Positions 18,542 to 28,888 are shown, counted from the stretch's first letter. The stretch: 45,324 nt of DNA from Candidatus Parabeggiatoa sp. nov. 1 (GCA_003646175.1 QNER01000001.1:1-45324), one strand, 5' to 3'. Notes: generated from the sequence alone by a model not told the origin. Translations and numbers: made by a program.

Positions 18542-19186
18542 TCAAGGGTTAATTATTTTATTGACCTTGACTTCAGCGGGGCGGAGTACCACCTCCTTCC
18601 ACATAAAGCCTTTGCGTAATTCGCCCGTCACTATTCCATTTGTCATCTGTGGTTGTGAGTCAACCTCAACCGCTCGCATACAGTGAGGATCAAGTGGTTT
18701 GTTCAACACATCCAAAGGGTGTACCCCATAACTGGCTAACAGTTTATCTAGCCGCCGCAGTGTCATTGCCTGTCCTTCTTGCAATCCGCGAATGAGACGA
18801 GTTTCCCGTTTACAAAAGTGTCGCCATGACGATGAAGTGTAGCTGTTAAGAGTTGTCATACCGGCATCTAGGCGATCATACACATCCAAAAAGGCTAACA
18901 GAAGAGTGCGTGTGTTTTCGCGGAGTTGGCGATTTTGCTCACTACGGCAATGCTCTAATTCATTGATCAATTGATCATTACTAGCTTGTAGTGTGTCGAA
19001 GGTTCCCTTGAATAAATCCAACGCGTTTTTCACTTGGCGTGATTCCAGTTTGACTTCATTGCGTAACGCTGCCAATTCGGTGAACAGGGAGAATAAATCA
19101 GTTTGTTGGGTTTCTTCGTCTACTGTGTCAGTGTCTAAGTAAGCGCGGAATTGCGCTATCAGTCTTTCTTTGGTGGATTCATCCAT
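18542..19186 (-). CDS. grpE: GrpE-like nucleotide exchange factor
   Basis: 214 aa; coiled coil, FLDVYDRL, DPHCMRAV, LRKGF...VLRPAEVKVNK. Confidence 0.85.
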   Translation of the reverse strand: MDESTKERLIAQFRAYLDTDTVDEETQQTDLFSLFTELAALRNEVKLESRQVKNALDLFKGTFDTLQASNDQLINELEHCRSEQNRQLRENTRTLLLAFLDVYDRLDAGMTTLNSYTSSSWRHFCKRETRLIRGLQEGQAMTLRRLDKLLASYGVHPLDVLNKPLDPHCMRAVEVDSQPQMTNGIVTGELRKGFMWKEVVLRPAEVKVNKIINP

Positions 19187-19326
19187 AGTACTTAATTATT
19201 TATTTTATATTGCACACGGCTACCAATTAAACGGGTACAAAGCATAGCAAAGCAAGCATTATAGTATTTTCAGCGTGTTATCAAATTTCAGAAAAAAGAA
19301 GTCAAGGCATGAAAAGGGGTTCCAGC

Positions 19327-19483
19327 CTTAGCACCTATCAGTTTGTAATTTTTTTTACACAGAGTTCACAGAGTCACACAGAGTCACACAGAGCCATCAT
19401 GACAACGAAAATCTCTGTGAAACTCTGTGGGACTCTGTGTTCTCTGTGTTGAAAACGTTTTTTATAAACTGATAGGTGGTAAG
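19327..19483. mobile_element. MITE with a 10-bp target-site duplication
   Basis: CTTAGCACCTATCAGTTT...AAACTGATAGGTGGTAAG; GGGTTCCAGC on both sides; internal CACAGAG / CTCTGTG repeats. Confidence 0.8.
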
Positions 19484-19601
19484 GGGTTCCAGCTAAAGCT
19501 TCAACTCAATTTTTCTGCTGTGTGGTTTTTTAGATAAATATTTTAACGAAGTTTCGCTTTATACGGGTTTCCAGCTAAAGGTTACGCATTCCCTCTCGTT
19601 T

Positions 19602-19925
19602 TCAATGGGGGGATTGAACAAGGGACTTTTTATTGAGGCTTTGGCTCAAGGCCTGAGTGAATAACTCTTCTGTGGGCCTCTGCGGTGTGCCCGTTTGTAG
19701 GCAACGTTCTAACAAGACATTAAGGCCGGGTGGTTCATGGTGAAACAATTGGTATTTTAAACGTTGGTGTCGTGTGTTGATTGCTTCAAAAGCGGCACGA
19801 ATGCTTTGAAATTGCTCCGGTGCTCGCTCCGGCGGATATTGTCGCACTTTCTGTAGATAGGCCTTTTTAATGGTTTCATCTGTTGCGTTTTCGGTGACAT
19901 TAAGAATATCAAAAGGCGTTTTCAT
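19602..19925 (-). CDS. Small J-domain protein with a non-canonical motif (YPPE instead of HPD)
   Basis: TPFDILNV...IKKAYLQKVRQYPPE...FQSIRAAFE; ATGA overlap with the upstream gene. Confidence 0.85.
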   Translation of the reverse strand: MKTPFDILNVTENATDETIKKAYLQKVRQYPPERAPEQFQSIRAAFEAINTRHQRLKYQLFHHEPPGLNVLLERCLQTGTPQRPTEELFTQALSQSLNKKSLVQSPH

Positions 19926-22408
19926 CGTTTTGTTCGTTTCTGTTTCTTCTTACGTGGTAAGCGAGGGATGGGAAAACCAAAATCAGGTATTTCTATGCCC
20001 ATGTCTTCCAAGCGATTAATAATCTTAATCACTTCTGCTGGGTTCATGTTCTCTAAATCCATTTTTTCTAAGGATTCTAATTCGATTTCCAGTTCCTCAA
20101 GATTGTCAATATCGTCATTATCAAAAGGGAAATCAAACGGAAAATCATCATCATCAGAAGGAACATTAAAGAATGGTGGCACTATGCCTCCCCCAATCTG
20201 ATTCAAAAATCCCATAATCATCATTCCAGTGCGCTGATCGCCTTGCCGTTCTGCTTTCTCAGCGGCTTCTTTAAGACGATCCATATCCGGCATAGATATA
20301 TGCCAGCGAGTCCCCTTCGCTTTGCTATAGATTTGATAAAAAATAAAGGCCGGATGTTCGGCCCAACGTTTGAGGCCCTGTTCTGCATAGGTTTTCAGTA
20401 ACCCGTTATGTTCCTGCTTCTTTAGGCATTGACAAACACTAAGCATCTCATCCTGAGAAAAGTCAAGTTTCACGGCATTTTGAAACGGTACTTTCACTTG
20501 TTCCACCGCTTCAGTGAGAAAAGTGAGCCCTTCTTCAGAATAAGCGTTGATCAGATTAACCAGTTCTAACACCTCTTGCTGAGTGGGCAGATAGTCTTTT
20601 TTGAGTACCGGCAAAAAAGACAAGATGTTGGCAGGTTCAAGGCTTTGACTCTTACTTTCCACTATCGCCCGAAACTGCCCAAGCATACCATCACCTGCCA
20701 ATTGTACGCCCTTTCTAAGTAACTCAGTAGCTTGTACAACTTGACTCGTGGTTTTGGGTTTAGTTGCATAGATGGCGGATTTTTGCTCTTTTCTTCTTCT
20801 CGTTTTGGGTTTGACAAAGCCCTCTGCTTGTAATTCTAATAAAGCCTGATTAATTTGAACCACACCACTTGGCTTGCTCGTTTTTTCCAGTTGTGCGGCT
20901 AGTTCTAATTCTTTACGAGCCAATTCATATTTACTGGTTTTTATTAATTTGCGCGCATGGGATATATGGGAAGATCGTGCAATTTGTCGTGCCTTAACAT
21001 TAATAGGATCGACGTTTAACAGATTTTTGGCAAATCCGGCCGCTTTTTTAAAAGCTTTTCGGCCGGTTGCCGCTTCCATCGCTATCAATAATACCTCACT
21101 TTCTTTAGGAAACTGCTTAACGGCTTCTTCAACCCATTGGTTATAGTTCTTTTGCTCGTCGTTGTGCTTATACCATTGAATTAATTTAAGATAACTTTTT
21201 TTGTCTTCTGGATCTAAGCGTAAGCTTTCGGCCAAATCGTTTGGCACATCGTCATCATCAAATGCGTCACCCCGTTTTTCAACGAGTTCCACTATATGGC
21301 GCAGAATTAAGGCCCCTTTTAGGGCATTGTCTTCCTTTTTGCGGTATTGTTTGAGACTATCGACGCACAAACGCCAATGTTTCTCTGCCCTCAAGGAATT
21401 ACTCTGTTGTTCATGGCTAAGGGCCATAATGCGATTTTTTTCAAATGTCGATAGCAAGCCAAACGCTTGTTCATAGAATTTCATACCTGCTGGATAACTC
21501 GGCAATAAAGCCAGACAAAACTGACGACAGTACTGATCACCCAAAGACTGCCGGTGGGCGGTAACAACTTCCATAAGTGCTTTATGGTTGTCTCGTTTAG
21601 CAGCAGTTTGCAAGGCGGAAATGACTTTGAGTTGTGCTTTATTCCATCCCTTTAGGTGGGCGATGAAGGCTTGTTCGTGACGGCTTAGTTTGGATAGTTC
21701 AGCCAATAACGTTTCGCTGTCTTGCCCTGCCATCCGTATCAATTGGGCAAAATGGGTATACGGTGAATTCTCAGGCACTTTCTCCAACAACTGACTGGCA
21801 CTGCTTGAATCCGAATCCATGAGAAGCAGTGCCTTCAGAATGGTGCGAAAATCCCGATAGGGAGAGCGGAAGGAAATTTGTTTGAGAGATTCTTCGGTGG
21901 CTTTATCATCTCCTTGATAATAAGCCTTTAATGCGGCCTTCATCAGGGCATACTGTTTAAGTAAGACGGCATCCTCCTGAACGGCCGCTGCCACCTCTTG
22001 ATGTCCCCCAAGCAGTAATGCGCCAAACTGGGCCTGTAATTGCCGTGTCATAGTCTGGGGCAGATGCTCGGAGGTTTCCGTTAACAAGCCTGCAGCCCTG
22101 CCATAACGACCGGCGCGGATAAGCCAGTAAATATATTGTTCGATAAGTTCTTTATCATCGCACAGATTAGCCCGATTTTCCCACAACACCGCGGCTTCTT
22201 TATACACATCTTTGTTCGCCAAAGCTTGAGCGCGTAATAAATAGGCTTTTGCCAACGCGGCATGCCATTCTGCACGTTGTTCTTTTTTTAATAGGTTTTT
22301 ATAGGCTTCAATAGCTTCTTTATAATGGCCTTTTGCTAACAAGTCGGCAGCCTTAGCCGGCCATGTTTCAACCGGACGATTGTGGGAATGTTTTTTCTTC
22401 TTACGCAT
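19922..22408 (-). CDS. Large TPR-repeat protein with acidic and basic tail
   Basis: 828 aa; helical TPR-like repeats; Asp/Phe/Pro-rich then Lys/Arg-rich C-terminus. Confidence 0.75.
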   Translation of the reverse strand: MRKKKKHSHNRPVETWPAKAADLLAKGHYKEAIEAYKNLLKKEQRAEWHAALAKAYLLRAQALANKDVYKEAAVLWENRANLCDDKELIEQYIYWLIRAGRYGRAAGLLTETSEHLPQTMTRQLQAQFGALLLGGHQEVAAAVQEDAVLLKQYALMKAALKAYYQGDDKATEESLKQISFRSPYRDFRTILKALLLMDSDSSSASQLLEKVPENSPYTHFAQLIRMAGQDSETLLAELSKLSRHEQAFIAHLKGWNKAQLKVISALQTAAKRDNHKALMEVVTAHRQSLGDQYCRQFCLALLPSYPAGMKFYEQAFGLLSTFEKNRIMALSHEQQSNSLRAEKHWRLCVDSLKQYRKKEDNALKGALILRHIVELVEKRGDAFDDDDVPNDLAESLRLDPEDKKSYLKLIQWYKHNDEQKNYNQWVEEAVKQFPKESEVLLIAMEAATGRKAFKKAAGFAKNLLNVDPINVKARQIARSSHISHARKLIKTSKYELARKELELAAQLEKTSKPSGVVQINQALLELQAEGFVKPKTRRRKEQKSAIYATKPKTTSQVVQATELLRKGVQLAGDGMLGQFRAIVESKSQSLEPANILSFLPVLKKDYLPTQQEVLELVNLINAYSEEGLTFLTEAVEQVKVPFQNAVKLDFSQDEMLSVCQCLKKQEHNGLLKTYAEQGLKRWAEHPAFIFYQIYSKAKGTRWHISMPDMDRLKEAAEKAERQGDQRTGMMIMGFLNQIGGGIVPPFFNVPSDDDDFPFDFPFDNDDIDNLEELEIELESLEKMDLENMNPAEVIKIINRLEDMGIEIPDFGFPIPRLPRKKKQKRTKR

Positions 22409-23167
22409 TGGATGTTGTGAGTTTGTTTAGGGGACATCATAAGGTGCCAGAAAAACTCTGTTGTTTGAAGGGTAAAGTGACGTATACACACTTTAAAACA
22501 CTTCGTTCTCCTTCGTTCCCCAGAGAAAAAAGTTGATTTTTTTTTTGAGTGAGACTATCGCAAAAAAAAGCGATAGCATCACGACTTGAACACGTTTTTG
22601 TCCTGTACATAGGTCAAATGTATTAAAACCAAAGTGTAAATAATCCGCTGTGACAAGTGATTTATCTTAAAATAACAATCAGTTATTTAAGAATTAATTA
22701 ATTCACAATTCGCTATAGAAGTTTTTCTAGAAAAACTGATAAAGCGAACACAATTCATCATTTACAATTCACACATCAAAGCCCTCCCCTTTCATCCGTT
22801 ACAATCAGAAATGATTTAGTTGCCCTTACCGCATAGCGTTGCCTTTTTTCTAAGGTTTTTACTAGCAGCCGGTTAGCTTAATTAACTAATTCATTTATTA
22901 TTAACGCTTTTATGAAGCCTAAATACTCAATGTTATATAAAACAATGATTTAGCGGTATTATTCGACAAACTGCTAGGAAAAAATTTTTCTATAAGTCTG
23001 TCTGAATTAATAGTTAGATCATTGATTTACAATAAATTTTATTTTAGGACCAAATATAATAAATCCAATTAAATTAATATGTTAGCTCGTTAAGTCAGAA
23101 AAACGCCTAGGCAAGTCTATTAATAAGTGATTGCTGTTTCATAAAAGCATTTGCCAGAAACTTATTA

Positions 23168-23310
23168 ACTTGATGATCAAGTTTTTTTGTAAACCATTTT
23201 CAAATTTTTGGTCCCTAAAAACTCATTTCCTTAAAAATAAGTTGCATATATAAACACTCAAAAATTGATTGCCGCAAAACTGAAATAACATCAAAAACTT
23301 GAACATCAAG
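23168..23310. mobile_element. MITE of the ACTTGA..TCAAGTTTTT family
   Basis: CTTGATGATCAAGTTTTT...AAAAACTTGAACATCAAG; related ends at ~4766, 17931, 24972-25154, 25468. Confidence 0.65.
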
Positions 23311-24622
23311 ATTGACGATTTCATTGTGAAAACACGAGGAAAGTTTGTAAGTCATTGATATTTAGTTAGGCCTATTTACGGGCACTGGTTCATTTGGATG
23401 TAAATTACTCTTAAACCCGTCCGTTAAAAAAATACTGCCAAAACTCAGCAAACCCTGGTTTTTCATAGCGATGGCTGGGTATCTCACCTATCTGTGACAT
23501 TGATCTGAACCTGTGTTTATTTACATGAGTCTTTGAAAATATTAACCGCCAAAACGTTTTCCTGCGTTTTGGCGGTTTTCACTAAACTCATGGGTGGGCT
23601 AAAATATTAGACTGATTTAATCTTAAGTGCTTGATTTTATGACATTTGTGTCAAGGTTAATCTCAATTAAATCAATGGGTTGGAAAGGTTAATCTCAATT
23701 TAAATTAAATCAATGGGTTACGTTGGGTTGGTATAAACTCTATATATATACAGAGTGTGCTTGAAATCAGTGAAAAAGTTTATTGAAGTAACTTGATTCT
23801 CTTGAATTGGATTTTCACGGTGCTTTAGGGCGCACCGTACACCTTTACCATCATTTTAACCAGGTTAAACACGGACACTTTAAAAGTTTTAATTTTAGCA
23901 GATTTAGCAATTTTTTTAATTTGAAACATACCCACTTTACCCAGTTTTATTATAATCTTGACGGACTAATATTCTCATAATCCTTTGATAATTGGTAGAT
24001 GCCGTTTTAAATACATCGCGATCCAAAAATTTTTATCACCATAACTCATTGAATTGATAATCATCTGCGTATACACGGATGAAAGCTTCAAGTTCAATAG
24101 GTTATCAATAGAGCCTCTTGCAAAACTCATCAAAAATGGCGAATAACGAATAGCGAATTTAAAGAGATTAAATCAGAGAGTTATAAAAATTTGTTATTCT
24201 TAATTTGCGAATTATGGTCGTTCTGAAAAGCGGGTGAGGTGTATATTTTTGGTAGCCCCTAAAAAGCGGTGCAGGTATTAATGATTTTTAGAGTTGTCTT
24301 TTAGCCGGCAATTCCCAATTCTTAATGAATCTTAATGAACAATTCTGTAATGGTCAAGATGATATTGAATCGGTTTGAACAGTGTATTGGTAAGGGCCAA
24401 TTAGTAGCGCGTCATCCACCATTTGGTGGATTAGCAATGTGGCAATAATAATACCTAACTGTGTGTGTTCAACATCAATTTGACCATTACACTTAATAAA
24501 CAGGTCATATCAAAGTTAAATCGCGAATAGCGAACAATTTAAAATCTAATGGCTTCTGGCTTTGACAAATGCTTTTATGAAACTGCAAGCACTTATAAAA
24601 AATAATTTTAAATAAAACACTT

Positions 24623-24961
24623 GTAACTACTCAGCCCTGAAAGGGCACTTTATTAAAGCCCAAAACTGCGCCCTAAAAACCAGAATAACAACGAACAAGC
24701 CCTTTCGGGGCGATTTAAAATTTCTAAAAACCCAGAAAGGGCTTTAAATCATAAACACCTGCACCTGGGGCGTTGCCCCAGGCTATAATCTTTATTAAAG
24801 CCCAGGGCCGCGCCCTAGGAACCAAAATAACAACGAACAAGCCCTTTCGGGGCGATTTAAAATTTCTAAAAGCCCAAAAAGGGCTTTAAATCATAAACAC
24901 CTGCACCTGGGGCGTTGCCCCGGGCTATAATAATTCGCACACTTCGGTGCTGAGTAGTTAC
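24623..24961. mobile_element. MITE with 8-bp TSD and an internal 142-bp tandem duplication
   Basis: TIR GTAACTACTCAGC / GCTGAGTAGTTAC; AAACACTT at 24615-24622 and 24962-24969; internal units start at 24648 and 24790. Confidence 0.9.
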
Positions 24962-24971
24962 AAACACTTAT

Positions 24972-25154
24972 ACTCGACTATCAAGTTTTTTGTAACTTAT
25001 TGATTTAAAATTAAATAAAATTAAAAATTACAATTAAATATTATAATTAAATATTATTTATCATTTAATTAAAAATCAGTGAGTTGCATGTCTGAACACT
25101 TGCCGGAAGTGATTGCTGCAAAGCTAAATAGCGTCAAAAACTTGATAGTCGAGT
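24972..25154. mobile_element. MITE
   Basis: Perfect inverted ends ACTCGACTATCAAGTTTTT...AAAAACTTGATAGTCGAGT. Confidence 0.8.
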
Positions 25155-25615
25155 TATAAAGTAAAATACCATAATGATGGGATTGGCTTATTCGCTATTC
25201 AAGAACATTATCATTCCTGCGTTTGCCTGAAACCGCCAATTTGTGGAGTTTATACCGATTTAACGTAACCCATTGATTTAATTGAAATGGGTATTTTAAT
25301 TAAAAAACGATTTGTTCAAAACCAGGATTTGTTCACAAAATGTATCAAGAATGACAGGGCAAAATCCGCAAGGAGAAAATTGGCTAATTTGTTGATAACT
25401 TATTGATATACCCCAACTTTTTTAAGTTATTGATATTAAAGTCGAACTCACGTTATTGACAAATTCTAACTTGAACATCGAGTAATAGGAAAAGTCGGTT
25501 TTTCCATCAAAAATAAATCTTTGCCAAAATACTTATTAATGAGTGTTATAATAAAATTATGTTGGAATTTGTTATCCTAAACCTTGACTTAATCCATCTA
25601 TAATAAAAGGAGATT

Positions 25616-26266
25616 ATGACTCAGATGAGTACCGAAGGCATCACTAATGCTGGGACTGTGAACATGACGGAAGGCATAGATAAAAGTAAACGCCGTTTTT
25701 TGGTGACGGCGACAACCGTTGTGGGTGGTATAGGGGCTGGCTTTGCGTCGGTGCCCTTTATCATGTCTATGCAACCGAGTGCTAAAACGCAGGCAGCCGG
25801 CGCGCCCATTGAAGTTGATATTAGTAAATTGGAGTATGGTCAAAAAGTGACCCATGAATGGCGCGGTAAACCGGTTTGGGTCGTCAGGCGCACCAAAAAA
25901 AATCTGGATGATTTGAAGTTATCCACGTTGATGGCCAAATTGCGTGATCCTGATTCACAGGTTGATCAGCAACCAAGTTATGCCCAAAATCCAGCCCGCT
26001 CCATTAAACCTGAATATTTTGTGGTCATAGGCATTTGCACACACTTAGGCTGTTCGCCAAGTTATGTCAAAGAAAAAGATTCACATGATTTGGGTAGTGA
26101 TTGGAAAGGGGGTTTTTTCTGTCCGTGCCATGGTTCATTCTTTGACTTAGCGGGGCGGGTGTTTCTAGGCGTACCGGCACCGACCAATCTGGTAGTTCCT
26201 CCCCATGCTTACCTGAGTGATACCCGTATTTTGGTGGGTGTCGATCCTCAAGAAGGAGTGACCTAA
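25616..26266 (+). CDS. petA: Rieske Fe-S subunit of cytochrome bc1
   Basis: Tat motif KRRFL, CTHLGC, CPCHGS; AGGAG RBS (alternative start 25664). Confidence 0.97.
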   Translation: MTQMSTEGITNAGTVNMTEGIDKSKRRFLVTATTVVGGIGAGFASVPFIMSMQPSAKTQAAGAPIEVDISKLEYGQKVTHEWRGKPVWVVRRTKKNLDDLKLSTLMAKLRDPDSQVDQQPSYAQNPARSIKPEYFVVIGICTHLGCSPSYVKEKDSHDLGSDWKGGFFCPCHGSFFDLAGRVFLGVPAPTNLVVPPHAYLSDTRILVGVDPQEGVT

Positions 26267-27489
26267 TGAATAAAATACTGACAGCCAGTTTGGAATGGGT
26301 AGATACCCGTTTTCCCTTAACCAAAATGTGGAACGAGCATCTGGCGCACTATTACGCACCGAAGAATTTTAATTTTTGGTATTACTTTGGTTCGTTGGCG
26401 TTGATGATGCTGGTATTGCAAATACTCACTGGCATTTTTCTGGCGGTGAATTATAAACCCGATGCCGAATTGGCGTTTGGAACCGTCGAATACATCATGC
26501 GTGATGTTGACTATGGTTGGTTAATCCGCTATATGCACTCAACCGGGGCCTCGTTCTTTTTTATCGTGGTTTACCTGCACATGTTCAGAGCGTTAATGTA
26601 CGGTTCTTATAGAAAACCGCGTGAACTCCTCTGGATTATCGGCATGTTTATTTATTTAGCCCTGATGGCTGAATCCTTTTTAGGCTATTTGTTACCTTGG
26701 GGGCAAATGTCTTACTGGGGCGCACAAGTCATTATTTCCCTATTTGGTGCTATTCCCGTCATTGGTGAGGATTTAGCGGTGTGGATACGCGGTGATTATG
26801 TGATTGCCGATGCCACTTTAAACCGTTTTTTTGTTTACCATGTGGTTTTGGTACCGCTTATCTTGCTCGCTTTAGCAGCCGCGCATATTCTTGCCTTGCA
26901 TGAAGTCGGCTCTAACAATCCCGATGGTATTGAAATCAAGAAAAACAAGGATCCAAAAACGGGTATCCCGAAAGATGGCATTCCCTTTCATCCCTATTAC
27001 ACGGTGAAGGATATTGTCGGTGTTGCTGTTTTTCTGATTATCTTTTCTTGGGTGATATTCTATGCCCCAGAAATGGATGGATATTTCCTTGAAGGCAACA
27101 ACTTTTTCCCGGCTGATCCGATGAAAACCCCGGAGCATATTGCGCCATTGTGGTACTTCACACCGTTTTATGCCATTTTGCGTGCCGTCCCTGATAAATT
27201 AATGGGTGTCATAGCGATGGGGGCCTCCATTGGTGTCTTGTTCTTTCTGCCGTGGCTGGATCGTAGTCCGGTTAAATCCATTCGTTATAAAGGGTGGATT
27301 TTCAAATTGGCGTTGTTCTTATTCGTCATCAGCTTTTTTGGGTTGTGCTACTTGGGGATGCAAGCACCCACGAAAATTGGGACTTTATTATCACAACTAT
27401 TTTCCGTCATCTACTTTGCATTTTTCTTGTTAATGCCGTGGTATTCCAAGATAGATCAAACCAAACCTGTACCAGAAAGGGTGACTTAA
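26266..27489 (+). CDS. petB: Cytochrome b
   Basis: GWLIRYMHSTGAS, LPWGQMSYWGA, PEWY-equivalent APLWYF. Confidence 0.98.
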   Translation: MNKILTASLEWVDTRFPLTKMWNEHLAHYYAPKNFNFWYYFGSLALMMLVLQILTGIFLAVNYKPDAELAFGTVEYIMRDVDYGWLIRYMHSTGASFFFIVVYLHMFRALMYGSYRKPRELLWIIGMFIYLALMAESFLGYLLPWGQMSYWGAQVIISLFGAIPVIGEDLAVWIRGDYVIADATLNRFFVYHVVLVPLILLALAAAHILALHEVGSNNPDGIEIKKNKDPKTGIPKDGIPFHPYYTVKDIVGVAVFLIIFSWVIFYAPEMDGYFLEGNNFFPADPMKTPEHIAPLWYFTPFYAILRAVPDKLMGVIAMGASIGVLFFLPWLDRSPVKSIRYKGWIFKLALFLFVISFFGLCYLGMQAPTKIGTLLSQLFSVIYFAFFLLMPWYSKIDQTKPVPERVT

Positions 27490-28211
27490 TGAGACGAACG
27501 ATTCTAGTTTTAACCTTATTATTACCCAGTATGGCTTTCGCATCTGGGGGCGTTGAATTGCTTTCAGCCAACAATGACATTGCTGACAAAGCCTCATTAC
27601 AAGTGGGTGCTAAATTGTTGGTTAATTACTGCATGGGTTGTCATTCAGCAAAATATGTTCGCTTTGAACGCATTGGCAAAGACTTGGGGCTGAACGATGA
27701 AGAGTTGAACACAAACCTGATGTTCAGTGCCGAAAAAGTCGGTGAAACCATGACCATTGCAATGGACAAAGATGATGCGGAAAAATGGTTTGGTGTAACA
27801 CCACCTGATTTGAGTGTGATTGCCCGTGCTCGTGGTACCGATTGGTTATACACCTATTTGCTAACCTTTTACTTAGATGATTCGCGCCCGTGGGGTGTCA
27901 ATAACCTTGTGTTTAAGGATGTTGGAATGCCTCATGTGTTGTGGGAACGGCAAGGTTGGCAAAAATTGGTTCACTCTACGGATGAACAAGGGCACGAAAA
28001 GACAAAACTGGTTTTGGTAAATGAGGCTGACAAGGCAAAAGCCGAACAATATAAACAGGAAATGCGTGATTTGGTCAACTTCCTTGAATATATTGGTGAG
28101 CCTGCCAAACTGGAACGGCACAATTTGGGGTGGAAAGTGATAGTCTTTCTCTTCATCTTCTTGGGATTTGCCTATGCCTTGAAGAAAGAATATTGGCGGG
28201 ATATCCACTAA
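27489..28211 (+). CDS. petC: Cytochrome c1
   Basis: ATG overlaps the petB stop (TAATG); signal peptide, CMGCH, PPDLS, C-terminal anchor. Confidence 0.97.
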   Translation: MRRTILVLTLLLPSMAFASGGVELLSANNDIADKASLQVGAKLLVNYCMGCHSAKYVRFERIGKDLGLNDEELNTNLMFSAEKVGETMTIAMDKDDAEKWFGVTPPDLSVIARARGTDWLYTYLLTFYLDDSRPWGVNNLVFKDVGMPHVLWERQGWQKLVHSTDEQGHEKTKLVLVNEADKAKAEQYKQEMRDLVNFLEYIGEPAKLERHNLGWKVIVFLFIFLGFAYALKKEYWRDIH

Positions 28212-28269
28212 GGCAACTCCCAAATAATAATATACCAGCGGGAGGTTTTATTTTTCCCCTAGGTTGCAC

Positions 28270-28481
28270 CTAGTACACTGTCAAGGTTGTTTTGAGGGGT
28301 TATGTAGGTTGTGTAGAGTGTAGCGAAACCCAACAACACGAATTTTACCCATCAAAACAACATTGACGATGTACTAGTACACTGTCAAGGTTGTTTTGAG
28401 GGGTTATGTAGGTTGTGTAGAGTGTAGCGAAACCCAACAACACGAATTTTACCCATCAAAACAACATTGACGATGTACTAG
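28270..28481. mobile_element. Exact tandem dimer of a 104-bp CTAG-bounded MITE
   Basis: CTAG at 28270, 28374 and 28478; each unit has TACACTGTCAAGGTTGTTTTGA...TCAAAACAACATTGACGATGTA inverted ends. Confidence 0.85.
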
Positions 28482-28559
28482 GGCTATTCACATTCAACCC
28501 CTTCGGGGTTGATAAAAGTGATTTGGTTATTCTGGTATGTTAATTTTTTGGAGTTACCT

Positions 28560-28860
28560 AATCAGTGAATAGTTATCAGTTCCAGGCTAAAGTTTTTTTT
28601 GTGCACAGGAAACTTTAGCCTAGAAATCAGTGCTTATCAATCAGTTGTTCAGGAATATATAGAGTTCAGGAATTGCTGTAGTCCAATAAACTCACACTGA
28701 TAATTAAAAACTGATTTTTAGGCTAAAGTTTTTTGTGCACAAACAACTTTAGCCTAGAACTGATAACTGATTTCTTTGCTCCAGATTTTACGGAACAAAA
28801 ACTTTCGCGGCGAACTGATTTCCAGGCTAACGTTTTTTGTGCACAAAAAACTTTATTCAG
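28560..28860. repeat. Cluster of CTAAAGTT(T)nGTGCAC(A)nCTTTAG palindromes mixed with TCAGTT/AACTGA units
   Basis: Three GTGCAC-centred palindromes at ~28585, 28720 and 28825. Confidence 0.7.
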
Positions 28861-28888
28861 GAACTGATAACTAATAACTGATAACTGA
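28861..28888 (+). promoter_or_regulatory. TAACTGA heptamer repeats abutting the sspA start codon
   Basis: GAACTGA-TAACTAA-TAACTGA-TAACTGA; last A is the A of ATG; no Shine-Dalgarno. Confidence 0.75.

Noticed and set aside
27294-27488. N-terminal extension of cytochrome c1
   Set aside because: Overlaps petB; the signal peptide begins at ATG 27489.
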